Source of the DNA: Vitrella brassicaformis CCMP3155
Taxonomy: Eukaryota; Protista; Chromerida
Length of the DNA: 64,000 nucleotides
Assembly (NCBI GenBank): GCA_001179505.1
Contig: CDMY01000897.1
Location: 1 to 64,000, forward strand
Direction of reading: 5' to 3'
Under the pieces are notes generated by a model that worked only from the letters and a program-made list of their open reading frames with translations, did no database searches and had not been told where the DNA came from. How positions within the stretch are numbered: the stretch's first letter is position 1; every line of letters begins with the position of its first letter. This document shows positions 23,501-36,423 of the stretch, piece by piece. The translations under genes were made by a program, and so were the position numbers.

Positions 23501-25691
23501 TCCATCAGGTGAGGGTGGGTGGGAGTCCTCCGAGGTCTATCGCACCGCCGCGGCACGGTCACGTGCATGGCTCAAGGAGCGAGCAGCACAACCACCACAA
23601 CCACAGCAGCAGCCACAACAGCAGCAGCTCCTGCCGGTCCCTCCAGGCGGCGACCCTCAGCCGCCCCCCACCCCACCCCCGACACAAGAGCAGGAGCATG
23701 CAGGCCTGGCGCGTGTGCTGCGCGAGAGCGGCAATGACGGGGTCAGAGACAGCCGTTGCAGGGGCGAGGGGAACGTTTACGTCGCCGACATCAGAGTGCA
23801 GGTGACAAGAGCACAAACGACACAACCACCCCACTGAGAGATAAGGAGAGGACATGTAATGTGTTGTGTTGTGTGGGCGCAGGATGATCGTTACCGCTTC
23901 TCATACCAGCGTGCGCCGACCCGCTCTCTCCGGGGCCGCAGCCTACTCCGGGGCGCCACAGACGATGAAATACGGATGCCTCCCCGCCCGCCGTCGCATC
24001 GCGCCCTCACCGACCACCAGGAGCCACCACCCACAGATGTGCGTGAAGGCCTCACCAGGCTGCGGCCACGCTTCCCCTCGTCCATCGTCCGCACCATCAA
24101 GCGACGCAGGAGCCAGCAAGCTACCAAGGATGCCGCTGAGGCCTCGGCTGGCCCATCGCTGAGGCCTCGGTCCGGCGTTTTGTCCTTGCTGCGTCGCCAC
24201 AGGCGTCGTGAAGACGGAGACAGGGACGGTGAGCACGATGACGACCATATGAGAGACGACCACCCCCCCTCACCCCCTGCAGCACCAGCAGCAGCAGCGG
24301 CAGCAGCACGGCCCTCCGTGTGTGACGACGACCGTCTGAGTCTGGCGTCGATCGATTCGGACTGGGCGGCCCATTGCCAGGCGCCCGATGACGAGGAGGA
24401 GTCGGAGGACAACGACGGCGTCTTCGGCATGCATCTCCCGACACCCCCACCACTCGGGCATCCACACGCACTGCCCGGCCCTCACCGGGCCACTGGCAGT
24501 GGCAGGGACGACGATCGCATGGCTGTGGACGAAGGAGAGGGGGAGGGGGAGGACCATGGTGGGGGGCCGTTAGTGGAGAGCGTGTCTGTGGAGAGCACCA
24601 ACGACTGGCGGCCGCTGGTGGTCATCGATGCGAGGGCGGGAGTGCTCACACTGCGGGTCACACAAGGTGACAAAATCAAGACCTGAATGGACGGAGGGAT
24701 GGAAAGGCCGTGTGCTTCGGTGGGGTGTGTGTGTGCGTGTGTGCAGATGGCCAGTTCCTGTTGGTCAACTGTCGTCCGTTTGAGGGCAGTCAGTACCTGC
24801 GGCTGCGGCTGCTGGACCGGCTGTCGGCGGTGCGGCAGCCGAAGCCCGACCTCAAGTCAGCCATGGAGGTGCACATCTACCATATACCCACACTCACAAA
24901 GGTGAGTGACGTGAGGAGGGGAACGCACCGACACCGACACACCCTCACACAAGCTCGAGAGAGATGTTAGTTGTCGTAATACGTATCAGGTAGCTGTGCT
25001 GAAGGGTCACGTGGCGTTCACCACCAAGGCGTGCCCCTTCCTCATCAACCTCATGGAGGGCGGGCCCGGACCAGACCTGCCCTTCCCACCCATACACCAC
25101 ACACGCGACACTCACGACCACCCCGCACCCAAACCAACACCATCATCGCCACCACCCGCAGCAGCAGCAGCAGCAGCAGCGGCGGCTCCCTCATCGTCTG
25201 CGCGTGATGCAGACGCAATGATGGACCAGGACGAGCCGTCAGACGGGCAGGAGCCCTCTTCATCCTGTGTTGAGGGTGCGAGGCGGCCGGCAGGGGTGTG
25301 TGGCCAACAGCAGCCGCCATGGCGGTGTTACGACTTCGTGGCGAGTGGCAGTGAGGATCACCGGGTGTACGTGTGGCACATGCGGCACCAGCGGCTGGTG
25401 AGCATCCTCGCCAACGGACACACCGACGTCGTCAACAGTGGTCAGCAAACATCACACGGGGGGATCAATGAGTGCGGCTGGAAGAGTCTGTATCTATCTG
25501 TGTGTGTGTGTGTGTGTGCAGTGAGCTGGAATTCTGGTGTGCCGGGCCTGCTGGCGTCGTGTGGCGACGAGGGCCATGTGTGTCTGTGGTCACCCAGGCG
25601 CCTCAAGCACCACATCATTAGACATGGCGCCAGTGCGCTGCCTTGGCGGAGAAACACAGCGGACCTGCCCGTGGCCAGGCGAGAGCAGTAG
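20526..25691 (+). CDS. FBXW5: F-box/WD40 repeat protein, FBXW5-like, with a Tudor-like segment and long low-complexity inserts
   Basis: F-box-like NLLGFLDWRGLSRLNEVNRHW...DNRLWQQAY. WD segments HGDEVLYCCFSHNGRLLASCSRDG, DGQFLLVNCRPF, GHVAFTTKACPFLI, DFVASGSEDHRVYVW, GHTDVVNSVSW and LLASCGDEGHVCLWSPR follow the FBXW5 motif order. Confidence 0.8.
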
Positions 25692-26014
25692 GTGTGTGAA
25701 TGCAGTGTAGTGGGTGGGTGTGGCGGGTGGTGTTTGGTGAAATGTGTGTGTGCGCGTGTGGGGAATACTTAATTGGGTGGTTAGCGAGGCCGCCGATAGT
25801 CGCGCGGCCGGTCCCTTGGTAAATTGAGTGTACGTGTGTACTATGCGCGGCCATTACAGAGGGACCGACACCGTCACGTATTCTAGATGAAGGAATTGCC
25901 TTCACTTGGCTGGCTTCGTGTTCATCAATCGTAGAGCCATCCATCCAGAGGCATGAACCAGTCAGTGTCCACACAAGATTCCACACAAGAACACGGCTAG
26001 GCCTGCAGCAATGT

Positions 26015-28301
26015 TCACTCCTTGAGCGGCTTGAGCCCCACCCTCTTGCGGACTTCGTTCCACTCAGACACAGACAGACCATCTGACACACGCACACACA
26101 CACAGAGAGAGAGAGAGGCAGTGTGTCAAGGTACATATGTACGTTTGTGTATTGACAAACGGTCCTGACCTTTGTCTTTGCCCTTGGCCTTGTCGGCGTC
26201 CTCCTTGCCCTTGCCCTTGTCCTTGTCCTTCTTTCTCTTCTTGCCCTCCCTCTCGCCATCATCACGCCGCCTGCAGACACATACAACCATACAGAATGTA
26301 GGACAGTGACACACCAGTGGCGTCTCCTGGCGTGGCGTGTTTACCGGTCCCTGTCGCCCCGTCGGGTGTCGCCTTCATCCTCATCCCGCCTGCTGCTGCG
26401 GAAGCTGCGGTCGCGGTCGCGGCTGCGGGACCTAAAGTCACACACACTCACGAGGTGAGCTTGTCTGCTGCATCGCCTCTCTGGCTGGCCAGCAAACCTG
26501 TCTCTGTCTCTCTCCCGTCTGTCACGGTCGTCTCGGTCCTAAGCACATCACACACAAGAGAGGGGTCCCTCCGCGGCTGTGGTAGTTGAGTGTGTGTGGT
26601 TGGTACCCTTCGCCTGAGCCGTTCCTCCGAGTCGTCTCGGCGGCGGTCCCTATCGCGCCTGTCGCGATCCCTGAACCAACGGTTGCAGCACATGTTGTCT
26701 TATGGCATGCCTCTGTGTGTGTGTTATAGTTGCCCACCTGTCTCTGTCCACATCCCTCCTGCTGCGGTCTCGGTCGTCGCGCTCACGACGGTCACTACCA
26801 GCAAACACAGCACACGATCCAGGACTGTCAGTCAATGCGCTCCCTTGCCTTGCGTCTTTCTCCTCTCTGCTTACCGGTCTCTATCTCTATCTCTGTCTCT
26901 GTCTCTGTCGGTGTCCCACGGTGTGCCCCTCTCACGCAGGTCCTCCCCATTGGCCCGGGCAGCGTCACCGAGCCGCCGGTCCTCAAACGGCTCCCCTGAA
27001 CGAACACATCAAGGAATCAGGAACTCCCTCCTGTACTGTGCTGTGCCGCAGTCCTGCAGGTGTGTCGTTATCATCTGCTATAGGGCTAGCCTACTTGGTC
27101 GCTTTGGTGGTTTTTCGTCTGCCTCCTGCTCGTCCATGTCCATCTCCATCTCAAGGTCGGCGTCCAACACTGACGGACAGACAGACAGACAGACGGGCAC
27201 GGACGTCTCTCTCTCTCTTGTGGCTTATGTGTGTGGCTTATGTGTCTGGCTTGGCACTTACGTGATGCCCTCTCCTTGAGCTGCCCGCCCTCCTCGAGAA
27301 TCTTCACACACACAACGCAACGCAACGCAACACAACGCAACGCAACGCAACATTGTGCGCGCAGGCATGCCAGACTTTTTTCGTTTAGCAGGTCGCTCAC
27401 CTGTCTGTTCTGGAGCTGAGGGAAGTCGACGTCGAGCAGGTGCTCCTGCCGCAGCAAATCGTCGACAAACTCATCCATGTGCCGCACCGTGAACTCTGAC
27501 CAACCATCACACACAACGAACGATACACACAAATGACAGACAGAAGTGGGCCCAGCAGCTGTCTGTGTGTGACGCTGCTCGTGTGTGTGTGTGAGGGCGC
27601 GCACTTCCGTCAAATCCCCGCAGTCTCAGTTTGCGGTAGTCACTCAGCATCGGCTCCTGCGACACACACACACACAGAGGTCGCGAAAGTCACTCCGTGG
27701 ACAGGTGAGGGGCGAGACGACGGGCGCGATGATGCTTACGAGATTCGAATAGACGTCCATTGCCGTTCCAGTCAACCGCCTGCATCACACACACAGAGAT
27801 ACCAGCCCGCGTCTGTCTGTCTGTCTGTCTGCGTGTGTGTGTGTGGTTACATACAGGTAGAATGCGCCGAGTGCCCTGAGGTATTTGAATTCCTCGTTCC
27901 TGACGTACTCGAGAACGATGTCCTTGTCGGGCTGTATCTGCAGCAGCTTGAGCACCAGGCAGATGAAGGGACTCGGCTTGCGGCTGCCGCCGTACGTCCC
28001 GCCAACGTACTGCAGCTCCACCGCCTTGTCCACTATCGTCTCAGCTGAATGAATGATGAATCAATGATCCACACACACACAAACAGACAGACAGACAGGC
28101 AGGAAGGCACACCATCTATCTGTTGCTCGTGTGCGTGTGCGTGTGTGTGCGTGTGTGTGTGTGTGGCGTACCGGTGAGGCCGAAGCAGTGTTCCTTCCAG
28201 TATTGGTTTTGGTATATCTTCATACGCACGATGCGCGACACCAGGAACTGCGGATTGGTGCCGTGCACCGTCTGGGCGCTGGGATCTGTGCGATTCGCCA
28301 T
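26015..28301 (-). CDS. PRPF38A: Pre-mRNA splicing factor Prp38 (PRPF38A type) with an RS/RD-rich tail
   Basis: MANRTDPSAQTVHGTNPQFLVSRIVRMKIYQNQYWKEHCFGLT, DKAVELQYVGGTYGGSRKPSPFICLVLKLLQIQPDKDIVLEYVRNEEFKYLRALGAFY, DEFVDDLL, an Arg/Asp-rich region, and C-terminal EWNEVRKRVGLKPLKE*. Confidence 0.95.
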
Positions 28302-28315
28302 CCTGAAGCCGCCGT

Positions 28316-28379
28316 GGACCCTTCTCCAGCAGCGGACCCTTCTCGCAGCGGTTTCAGTAAGCACCCTAGGACCCTTCTC
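28316..28379. promoter_or_regulatory. Triple 11-bp motif GGACCCTTCTC in the PRPF38A/PIGV divergent spacer
   Basis: Exact copies at 28316-28326, 28334-28344 and 28369-28379, 15-78 nt upstream of the PRPF38A ATG. Function is inferred. Confidence 0.4.
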
Positions 28380-28553
28380 GGGTTGCGAGCTTAGCTCGGC
28401 GATTCCGATCCAGATGTCTGGTGGTGTTCCGACGCTTTGAGGGCAGATGGATGGTGTGCGGAGGACCGACGTTGAAGGGCGATGGTGAGGCCGAGGCGTT
28501 GATTCATCTCTTTTGTGTTTCTCAGCTCATCCAGCTGCTGGCAGCGCTGTAGG

Positions 28554-29975
28554 ATGGCGAAAGAGTCTTCAGCATGGCGCGGCTATCTAACAATCGCCTC
28601 AATAGCAGTGGCGTCGCGCGTGGCGACAGTCATTTGGACGGCTTTGGCTCACCACTTCATCAGCGACTATGACACGGCCACCGAGCTGATGTTCGGAGAG
28701 CATCCGCCGTCCGCTGGCATCGCCGGCCGCCTGTTGGACACCTTTGTCTTGCCGCTGGTCCGATGGGACGCCCTGTTCTTCCTCTCTATCGCGTCTGACG
28801 GCTACCTGTATGAGCACCACCACGCCTTCTTCCCCGGACTGCCTTTGCTGATGCGGACACTCTCTCTCCCATTGCTGCCGTCATCAACGACGTCGGCACG
28901 CCGGCTCATTGCCGTGGTTGGCGTCATCCTGTCGAACGGGTGCTTTGTAAGCGCTGCTGTGGGACTGCTCCACCTGGCGAGGCAACTCGCGAATGACGGG
29001 CGGACAGCATTCTTCGCCGCGGCGCTGTTCTGCCTGCCTGCGAGCAGCGTGTTCATGTCATCTCTTTATACGGAGAGCGCCTTCTGCTGCTGTGCCTTCT
29101 GGGGACTGGCCTTGCTGTATCGGCGTCGCGTGACGGGCTCGTCAACGTGGCTGGGTGTTCTTCTGTTGTCGGCGGCGGCCTCGCTGCGGTCGAATGGGGT
29201 GCTGATGCTCATCCCACTGCTATTCTTCAACGTGCGCACGAGTCCACCGGTGGTCCCTATGTGTCGTGGTTGGGATTGGCGGCCTTTGATCTGCTTCATC
29301 GGCCACTGGTTGCGGGCATCCCTGCATGCATTTATCATTGTGCTGCCGACCGCCTTGACGCTCGTGTACGGCTTCAGTGTCCATTGCCGAGGCTGTGCTT
29401 TCCAGCAAGACAGCTGGCAATCATTCGTGTTGCGCCGAGCGGATGACATCAGTGGCATGATCTTCCCCTCTTCTGTCCACGGCCATGGTCACCATTATCA
29501 CTGTCGCCCCTGGTGCGTGCAAGTGGTTCCGAGCATCTATGGGTTTGTGCAGCGGCAGTACTGGGGCGTCGGGCCCTTCCTCTACTTCCAGCTCAAGCAG
29601 CTGCCCAACTTCCTGCTGGCCTTGCCGTGCCTCCTGATGGTCACATGGGCTCAAGGCGACACATGGAAGAGGACAATCGCAGCAGCAGCAGGGAATGGTC
29701 ATCATAGTACTACAGTGGATTGGCGGCTGGTGGGTGAGGCGGTGCAGCTGGCGGTGCTGGCCACCTTCACTGTCACGTGCGCCAATGTACAGGTCTTGAC
29801 GCGTTTAGTTTCATCGAGTCCCCTCTTGTGGCTGCACCAGGGGAGGTTGCTCGCTGACAGTGATGTGACCATGGGGCGGCGGGGCAAGTGGATGGCGTCT
29901 GTGTGGGTGGGCTGGTCGTGCGTGTACTTCTTTGTCGGACCTCTCATGTTTGGCAACTTCCTGCCTTGGACGTAA
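28554..29975 (+). CDS. PIGV: GPI mannosyltransferase 2 (PIG-V), intronless CDS
   Basis: Single ORF of about 473 aa with LVRWDALFFLSIASDGY..E...AFFPGLP, LSNGCF, YTESAF, RSNG, YGFVQRQYWGVGPFLYFQLKQLPNFLLALP, NVQVLTRLVSSSPLLW and FGNFLPWT*. Confidence 0.95.
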   Translation: MAKESSAWRGYLTIASIAVASRVATVIWTALAHHFISDYDTATELMFGEHPPSAGIAGRLLDTFVLPLVRWDALFFLSIASDGYLYEHHHAFFPGLPLLMRTLSLPLLPSSTTSARRLIAVVGVILSNGCFVSAAVGLLHLARQLANDGRTAFFAAALFCLPASSVFMSSLYTESAFCCCAFWGLALLYRRRVTGSSTWLGVLLLSAAASLRSNGVLMLIPLLFFNVRTSPPVVPMCRGWDWRPLICFIGHWLRASLHAFIIVLPTALTLVYGFSVHCRGCAFQQDSWQSFVLRRADDISGMIFPSSVHGHGHHYHCRPWCVQVVPSIYGFVQRQYWGVGPFLYFQLKQLPNFLLALPCLLMVTWAQGDTWKRTIAAAAGNGHHSTTVDWRLVGEAVQLAVLATFTVTCANVQVLTRLVSSSPLLWLHQGRLLADSDVTMGRRGKWMASVWVGWSCVYFFVGPLMFGNFLPWT

Positions 29976-30208
29976 GTGAATGGCAGAATCGGCCGAGGTC
30001 GATGCCATGCATAGAATGGCATTCAGGACACACGTGTATGTATTAACGTCCGTACCCCCTAGGTCCTTGCTTCTCACGCCACAGACGTCATGGCCGACTG
30101 AATGATGCATCCAAACAGACAGCCATATATGTGACCTCAATTTGGTGTAATCACAACGACGGCCTATCTGTCTATGGACCACGCAGGCCGGTCTGACTAG
30201 CTCTGCGT

Positions 30209-31479
30209 CTAGATCCGACCCGCATCCTTGCAAATAAATCCCACGCCACAAAACACGCGGTGGGTCTTGATTTCGTCAAATTGGCTTATCTTGTCCTGTG
30301 TCTCAAGGCAAGGCTTTGCCTCGGAACACTCTTCACCGATATGGCCGGCTTCGCGACAACGACCATACGAGTAACTCGGTAACTCGCCGTATCGCTGGAT
30401 GGCCTTGCTCGTCCCGTATTTTCTGCGGTGACAATGGAGCCCCGGGCCACATTTGAGCATCACATGAGCATCCTTCCTGGGAGAGTTCAGCTTCAGCACG
30501 GATGAAGGTTTGCACATGTCTCCTTTCTGTGCGCGTTGCTCGCAGCTGCCCGCCACACCATGCTGAGCAGCCAGCCAGACAGACGTCCATACGAGTGTCT
30601 TGTGATGTGTCCTTTGAAGGCTGCGTCTCTCTGCTCGCGCATGCCATAGGCTCCGCCTGGGTCAAGCTCTTCGACGACCTTGTCCGGCAAAAAGAATGTC
30701 CCTGCATAGGCGTATGCACACCTGCATCCAAGAAACATGCGTACAGTATGTACGTAGGACAAAATTATAAAACACATGTGTGTATACTTGAAGTCCTTTT
30801 TGGTGTTGCAGTGGCGTCCGTTCAGTGCGCAGGCGTCGCCGGTGGTGCCCCCCTCTTGCCGCACGCATTTTCCATAGTGACTGACCTGCGAGAGGACATC
30901 AGCAGACGAATAAGAAAGATGTCTCTTAAGAGGATAGACAGCTCTGACCGCTTTCCTGTGGAAGTCGGTGTCGAATTGTTCGCCATACACTCTCTTGGTC
31001 GAAGGCAGCCACATGAGTGTGTCCCGGCAGACCATCCGCTTCGCCGAGTCACTTCCCCCCCAGTCACACAGCTCTCCCACTTCCGCTACAGGCTGATTCA
31101 GAGGGCGGCAGCAGCCGTCGATTGGGTAACCCTTGTCATCAATGAGGGCGAAATTCGGTTCTTGGGAGGCAATCACAAATGGCTCAGGTTGAAAGAAGCC
31201 GGTCTGGGCGATGTCTCCCTGCATAGAGACTGGGATCTGGTCCTCCCATGCTTTGTCCCAGGCGAGGAAACAGGCGCTGCCTTTCTCGCAGCCAGCCTCA
31301 GCGTCGCCTTTCTGCAGCTTACAGGAGGAGCACGTTGCATGCTCCGAATCAGAGTTGGACAGGTTGATCAGGACAGTGGCTGATGTGTTCGCAACGATGC
31401 GACGTGTTGGCAAAGAGGAATGGGCCAGGGCAGCTGCTGCGGGCAAGCCGACACGGAAGACAGCGTGAATGAAATCCAT
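30209..31479 (-). CDS. Cysteine-rich, probably secreted protein (3 exons)
   Basis: Exons 30788-31479, 30593-30721 and about 30209-30545 join in frame. Hydrophobic N-terminus MDFIHAVFRVGLPAAAALAHS. Repeated G(E/D)xC...CxxG(L/F)xC units. Confidence 0.62.
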
Positions 31480-31579
31480 AAGTCGACGCATCGTAGTGTC
31501 TCCGAGTCCGACCCCGGGGGCAAGCTGGGGGCGGCGAAGGGACTCGGAGCCTCTGTCAGTGAGAGAACCGAAGGCAATT

Positions 31580-34500
31580 ATGGCGGATTCGGCAATTGAG
31601 GAGGCGACAGACCATCAGGACGCGCATATTGATGGCCCAAAGAGAGACTCAGTGAGTGCCGCAGTGGAGCCCATCCAACGCATGCCATCGCAGCCGGACT
31701 CTGAAGCGCTGGACGAAGGCACAATCCCATGCGAGGCACCGTTCACGACAGACGGCGACACGTCGGTGACACACACGGCGACTCAACAGCAGGTGCAAGT
31801 GACTGTAGAGAACGGCGTGAGGCTCCCAGAGGTGCCGGGGATTGTTCACGCTTCTGGCGGCGCCGAGGACGAGGATGAGGATGCTTCTCCTGTGCACGCC
31901 CGACCGGACCAGCTTGACCAAATCATGGCACCTGGATCGCCAAAGAAGATAAAGAAGTCTGTGACGGTACGTGAACGATGGGGCCAAGGGGTTGACGAAC
32001 GGATGGCTGCCTGCCTTTAATGTTTGTACAGGTTGCGCGCTCATTCATCTTGCACGACGAGAGAGAAGACAGCCTTCCGGTCCAGGCCTTCGAGAAGGGA
32101 AAGCCGAGCGGCTTGCCCGACGTCGACTTACGGGACCTCAGTCAAAGGAGCGGCTCAGTGTTTGATGGCCTCTACCACAAGACGCGGTCGCGTCTCTCCT
32201 CCTTTGTCTCGTCGGTAAGCGTATGAGAGGCTTCCGACCGGATGCATGGAGTGTGTGGCTTGCTCCGTCCATTCTTGCTTTGTCTTCTTCCCATGCAGGT
32301 CAAGGAAGCATTTGGAGACGATGATTCGATCATCACGACATGGGCTAGTCTGGAAGCTCGTCATGAGCGCTTCACTCATGCACGGTGTCTGTCCTGTGTG
32401 GCATATGCAGGTGATGGGAGGTGGTCACAAAAAGTACTGCGGCTGCGAAGGGCCACTGGGAGAGGTGAGTGAGCACAATTCACACAGCAGCGGTGAGCAA
32501 GTGGGGTTGACTGATCTATTGAGTCTCGCGTGCGTGTGTGAGTACAGATGCTGTTCATTGTCTCCCGGATTGCTCTTCTGATCGTGTTGCCGACAACCCT
32601 CGGACTCATTTGGTACCCATATGCTCACTGACTGCGGCATTTGTTGTCCCATTTGTGATTGTCTCTTGTCGTCTGTTTGCTTATGTCGCTCAGGAACACG
32701 CTGCCGCTTCACAATCAAAGGGATCCGTGGCACAAACAAATGCTTTACTTCTGGGGCTACCTACCGTAAGAGGGACTGTGCACCCACACACATATACCGA
32801 TGCAGCTGCCACGACAGTGATTTGTGTCCTGTCTTTTCTTCACTCAGAATGTTCCGCCTACTCATCGGGTCGCTGCCGTGTACGTGGATCCCCGGTGCGC
32901 AAAGTCGAATCATCAGCCGCACCGACCAGAACACATCCTTGTTCTGATGCACAGGCTTCTTGAACGAGAGCGTCACCCTAGCGACGTTCTCGATGTCCTT
33001 CTTTCCAGGGCTCCTCGGTCACGCAATCACACTAGCGATATCGGCTGCAGCCGACACCGTCGGTAGGTCAGCGGGCCAGCGATAGCGATGGATGACGATG
33101 TCGGCTATCCCTCTGCGTGTCTGTCCGTAGGTGTTCCGGCGCATGCCTTTCTCATAGGCATCCCTATTTTCGGAGTGCAGGTATCCCGATCTTCAGAGTA
33201 AACTTTGGACAGTACTCTTTGGTGCCGTGCTTCTGTGTGCTGTTCGCTCTGCCCAATTGGAAAGAGAAATATTGGAACAACCGACAGGTAGAAGACCAAT
33301 GGATGATGTCACCCACTTCATGTCTCTCCCTTCTTGCCGACGCAGGGCCGGAATCGTTGGTTGTTCTGCACAACTGTGTGCATGTTTGCTCCAGCGTTGT
33401 GGATGGCCGCCGTGTTTGTCACGTTCTTTGTGGTCTTGGCCGCAAGCAACGAGCTACAAGGTCGAACAAAGAGCCATCATCTTTTCATACGCTCGTCCTC
33501 TTGACCGACCAACCTGGTGCATGCAGTTGTGGAGTTTCTCCTTGTGTTCGCCTTCCCCTTCGTCGGCCACTATCTGGTGGAGTTCGCGAGAGCAGTCCTG
33601 AGACGCACTCGGCGCAAGATGGAGATAGGCGGGGCAATGCTGCCTCTGATGGTGACCACCATGTACATGTCCATCCTCTTCCCCACCATCCTCGAGTGGA
33701 TCTTCTGGGTATCGACTGTCGAGCGGTGTCTCTTCATCATTTACCCCGCCTACAAAATCATCACGGTCTGTCGTGCCCGTCCGCGCCTCCCCGCCCCACC
33801 ACATGTCTCCCTCTCCCTGCGTCCGCACTTCCTTGCAGGAGCACCATGCGTGCGTGCGTCGCATCACGGCGAGCGGCGTATACAAAGAGTTCCTTCCTTG
33901 CAAGAAGATGACATCCCTCACAGACATCCTCCAGTGCATCTCGCACAGCTTCCTGCTTATCTGCACCTTCGGATACGGCATGCCGCAGCGAGAGGTCGCC
34001 TTGCAATTCAACCCCACCAACGTCCAACAAATGGGCACTGACGCGCAGCAAGGGGACCGAGGGCAGATGTCCATGCCGGCCATGTCCGACAGACACGAGA
34101 GAGCAGCCAAGTACTTGCCGGACGACCACAATGCCGATATAGAGAAAGCCCTCAAAGACGACAAAGAGAAGAGCGAAGAGACGAAGCCCACACCAGAGCC
34201 ACCCCCAGAGGAGAGGTCACACCGAGATTCGATCAGCAGCCAAGGCGGCTCTGTACAGCCGGCAGAAAGAGAGGGCGAGGCAGAGGGCGAAGGTGGCCGG
34301 CGGAAGAGCGACGAAGAGATCAGAGCCGAGCGCGTGACCCAGAAACGGAGAACATCAGTGGTGGAGCTTGTTGCCTCCAATAGGCGTCGCTCTTCGGTGG
34401 CGTCCATTGTTCAGGTGGGAATGCTTCGTGCAGATGCGCACACGTGGGACGGTCTATGTCGGGCAATGCCTGTGGTGTTTGCAGGACCCTGCTGGCCACT

Positions 34501-35379
34501 TGCTGTCGATTTATACGATAGATGACAGCGTCTTCGAGAATGTGACACAACAGTTCGCCATTTTTCTCGTCCAGGCATTCACCGAGGTGACAGCAGACAA
34601 AGAGCCGCCACCTGTCCTCCCCTCATTGTTCTCGTATGTCTCTTTAGATCTTTGGGCCGTACGTAGCACACAGCCGGCCGCTGCCGTTTGTTTCCGTGTA
34701 CCCGGTGTCTCCGTGCGTTTGTGTGTCTATGTCTTTGTCAGGTTCCAGGTGCACATATATGTTCGGTACATTCGGGACGTCTCTCCCTCCTCTGAACTCT
34801 ACCCAGCCTTCACCGAGGTACATAAGTGAACACATGCACACGAATCCCGCCATGCAGGGGCATCTGGCTGGCGTCTGTCCGCGTATTGCCTAGCAGCTGA
34901 GCGATAAGGTCGCAACCCGGTTCATGTGGTTCACCGTCTTCACGACCTTGTTCAACACCGTCACCTCGTACATCGTGCTGTCTATCGTCAAACCATACCT
35001 GCCTGTCGCACGTAAGCACCAGCCATCGGATATCCGTGTCTCCCTTTTTTGTGTATTGACCTCTCTGTCTCCGTGTGTGTGTTCATGTTGGTACTTGCAG
35101 GCCGGAAACTGATCTTGCGATTTCTGGGAGACACGACGTTCTTTCTCGTGATGCTGGGCAGCCTCACTATCTCGCCCGTCTACCCGATTGTCCTCTTGTA
35201 AGTCGAGTCAATACCATGATCCACACACAGATGAGACGCGTATGGATGACTTTCTTCGTTGTTCAACATGCAGGACACCCCACAATCAGGTACCCCGCGG
35301 GCTGCTCACGAAGCCTCACGCCCACGCATACAGATGCGAACACGGAGAGGTCCATTCCATTGGATGGATTCGCGTGTGG

Positions 35380-35410
<31 letters not shown>

Positions 35411-35467
35411 TGCGTGTGTGTCATGCAGTTCCCCCTGGACTTGTCCGTTACGCGAACCGGGGACTGA
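31580..35467 (+). CDS. Unrecognised multi-pass membrane protein, paralog A
   Basis: A disordered N-terminus is followed by many hydrophobic exons (AFGDDDSIITTW, GVPAHAFLIGIPIF, RWLFCTTVCMFAPALW, HYLVEFARAVLRRTRRKMEIGGAM, FTVFTTLFN, ISPVYPIVLLTPHNQFPLDLSVTRTGD*). It is colinear with the paralog at 57807-61837. Confidence 0.8.
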
Positions 35468-35742
35468 CCGGTCGATTAGGAAGCTGTGTCATCCTGTGAT
35501 CTATGAGATTTCTTATCCTTTAAGACTGTGTGGTTGAGTCTTGAACGATAGGAGCGAGCATCAGATATAGCTAGGCATGTAGCCATGCAGGTTTTCTTTT
35601 TCTGTCATGCCTCTTGCCCCTCGTACTAGCCTTACTATTGCATTGACATGAATCCAATATGCTCAAATTTCGAGCCGCCTTAACGGCCTCTGTACAGTGT
35701 GGCGGCTTTGATCTTCGCAGACAGCGCCTCCACGCCCGGGCC

Positions 35743-36423
35743 ATGGTCAAGCAGAAGGCAGCCAAGCAGTCCGCAAAGAAGAAGGCGAAGGCGAAGGCGG
35801 CCGCAAAGAAGAAGATTGTCATCAAAAAGCCCCCCCATATCACAATCGACGCTTTCAAATATGTGCTCTGCTGGAAGGTCGAGGTCACTCGGACAGAGTG
35901 AGCTCACATTGGAAGACCATTGCACACAAAAACCTGGACAAAGACACGCACTGACGTTGTCACGTTGTGTATGCGTGTCCGGCAGACACATCAAGAAGGA
36001 CGATTTCGAGCGCGATGACTTATATCGCGAGGGTCGCTGCGAGAGGGAGACGGTCGGCTACTTTCGGTCGGTGCGTGAGGCCCGCAACGCTGCCCGTGAT
36101 CGATTGCGCCAGGAGGTAGAGGATGGGCTGATGTACGAGGAGTCCATAATGGTGTCTGACAAGGACGGCGTGTGGAGCTGCACCGGGTCGAGCGGCGACG
36201 ACGATGACGATGGGTTGTGGGGGGACGACGGGGAGTGGGAGGTTAAGGTGACGGTCCAGGAGGCCTATGCACCGGACAACCCGATTGACGATAGTGAGCC
36301 GCACGTTGACCGAATGAGGGGACGTGCAAGCACAGCGTGTGTGCGTGTACAGGTTGGGAGTTTGACCGTGAGGAGAAGCCTTTCGACGGCGAATATGGTG
36401 ACGACGAGGAGGAGGAAGAGTGA
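35743..36423 (+). CDS. Hypothetical protein with a Lys/Ala-rich N-terminus and an acidic C-terminus (3 exons)
   Basis: MVKQKAAKQSAKKKAKAKAAAKKK..., then HIKKDDFERDDLYREG...WEVKVTVQEAY, and a last exon SWEFDREEKPFDGEYGDDEEEEE* (TGA 36421-36423). Confidence 0.6.
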
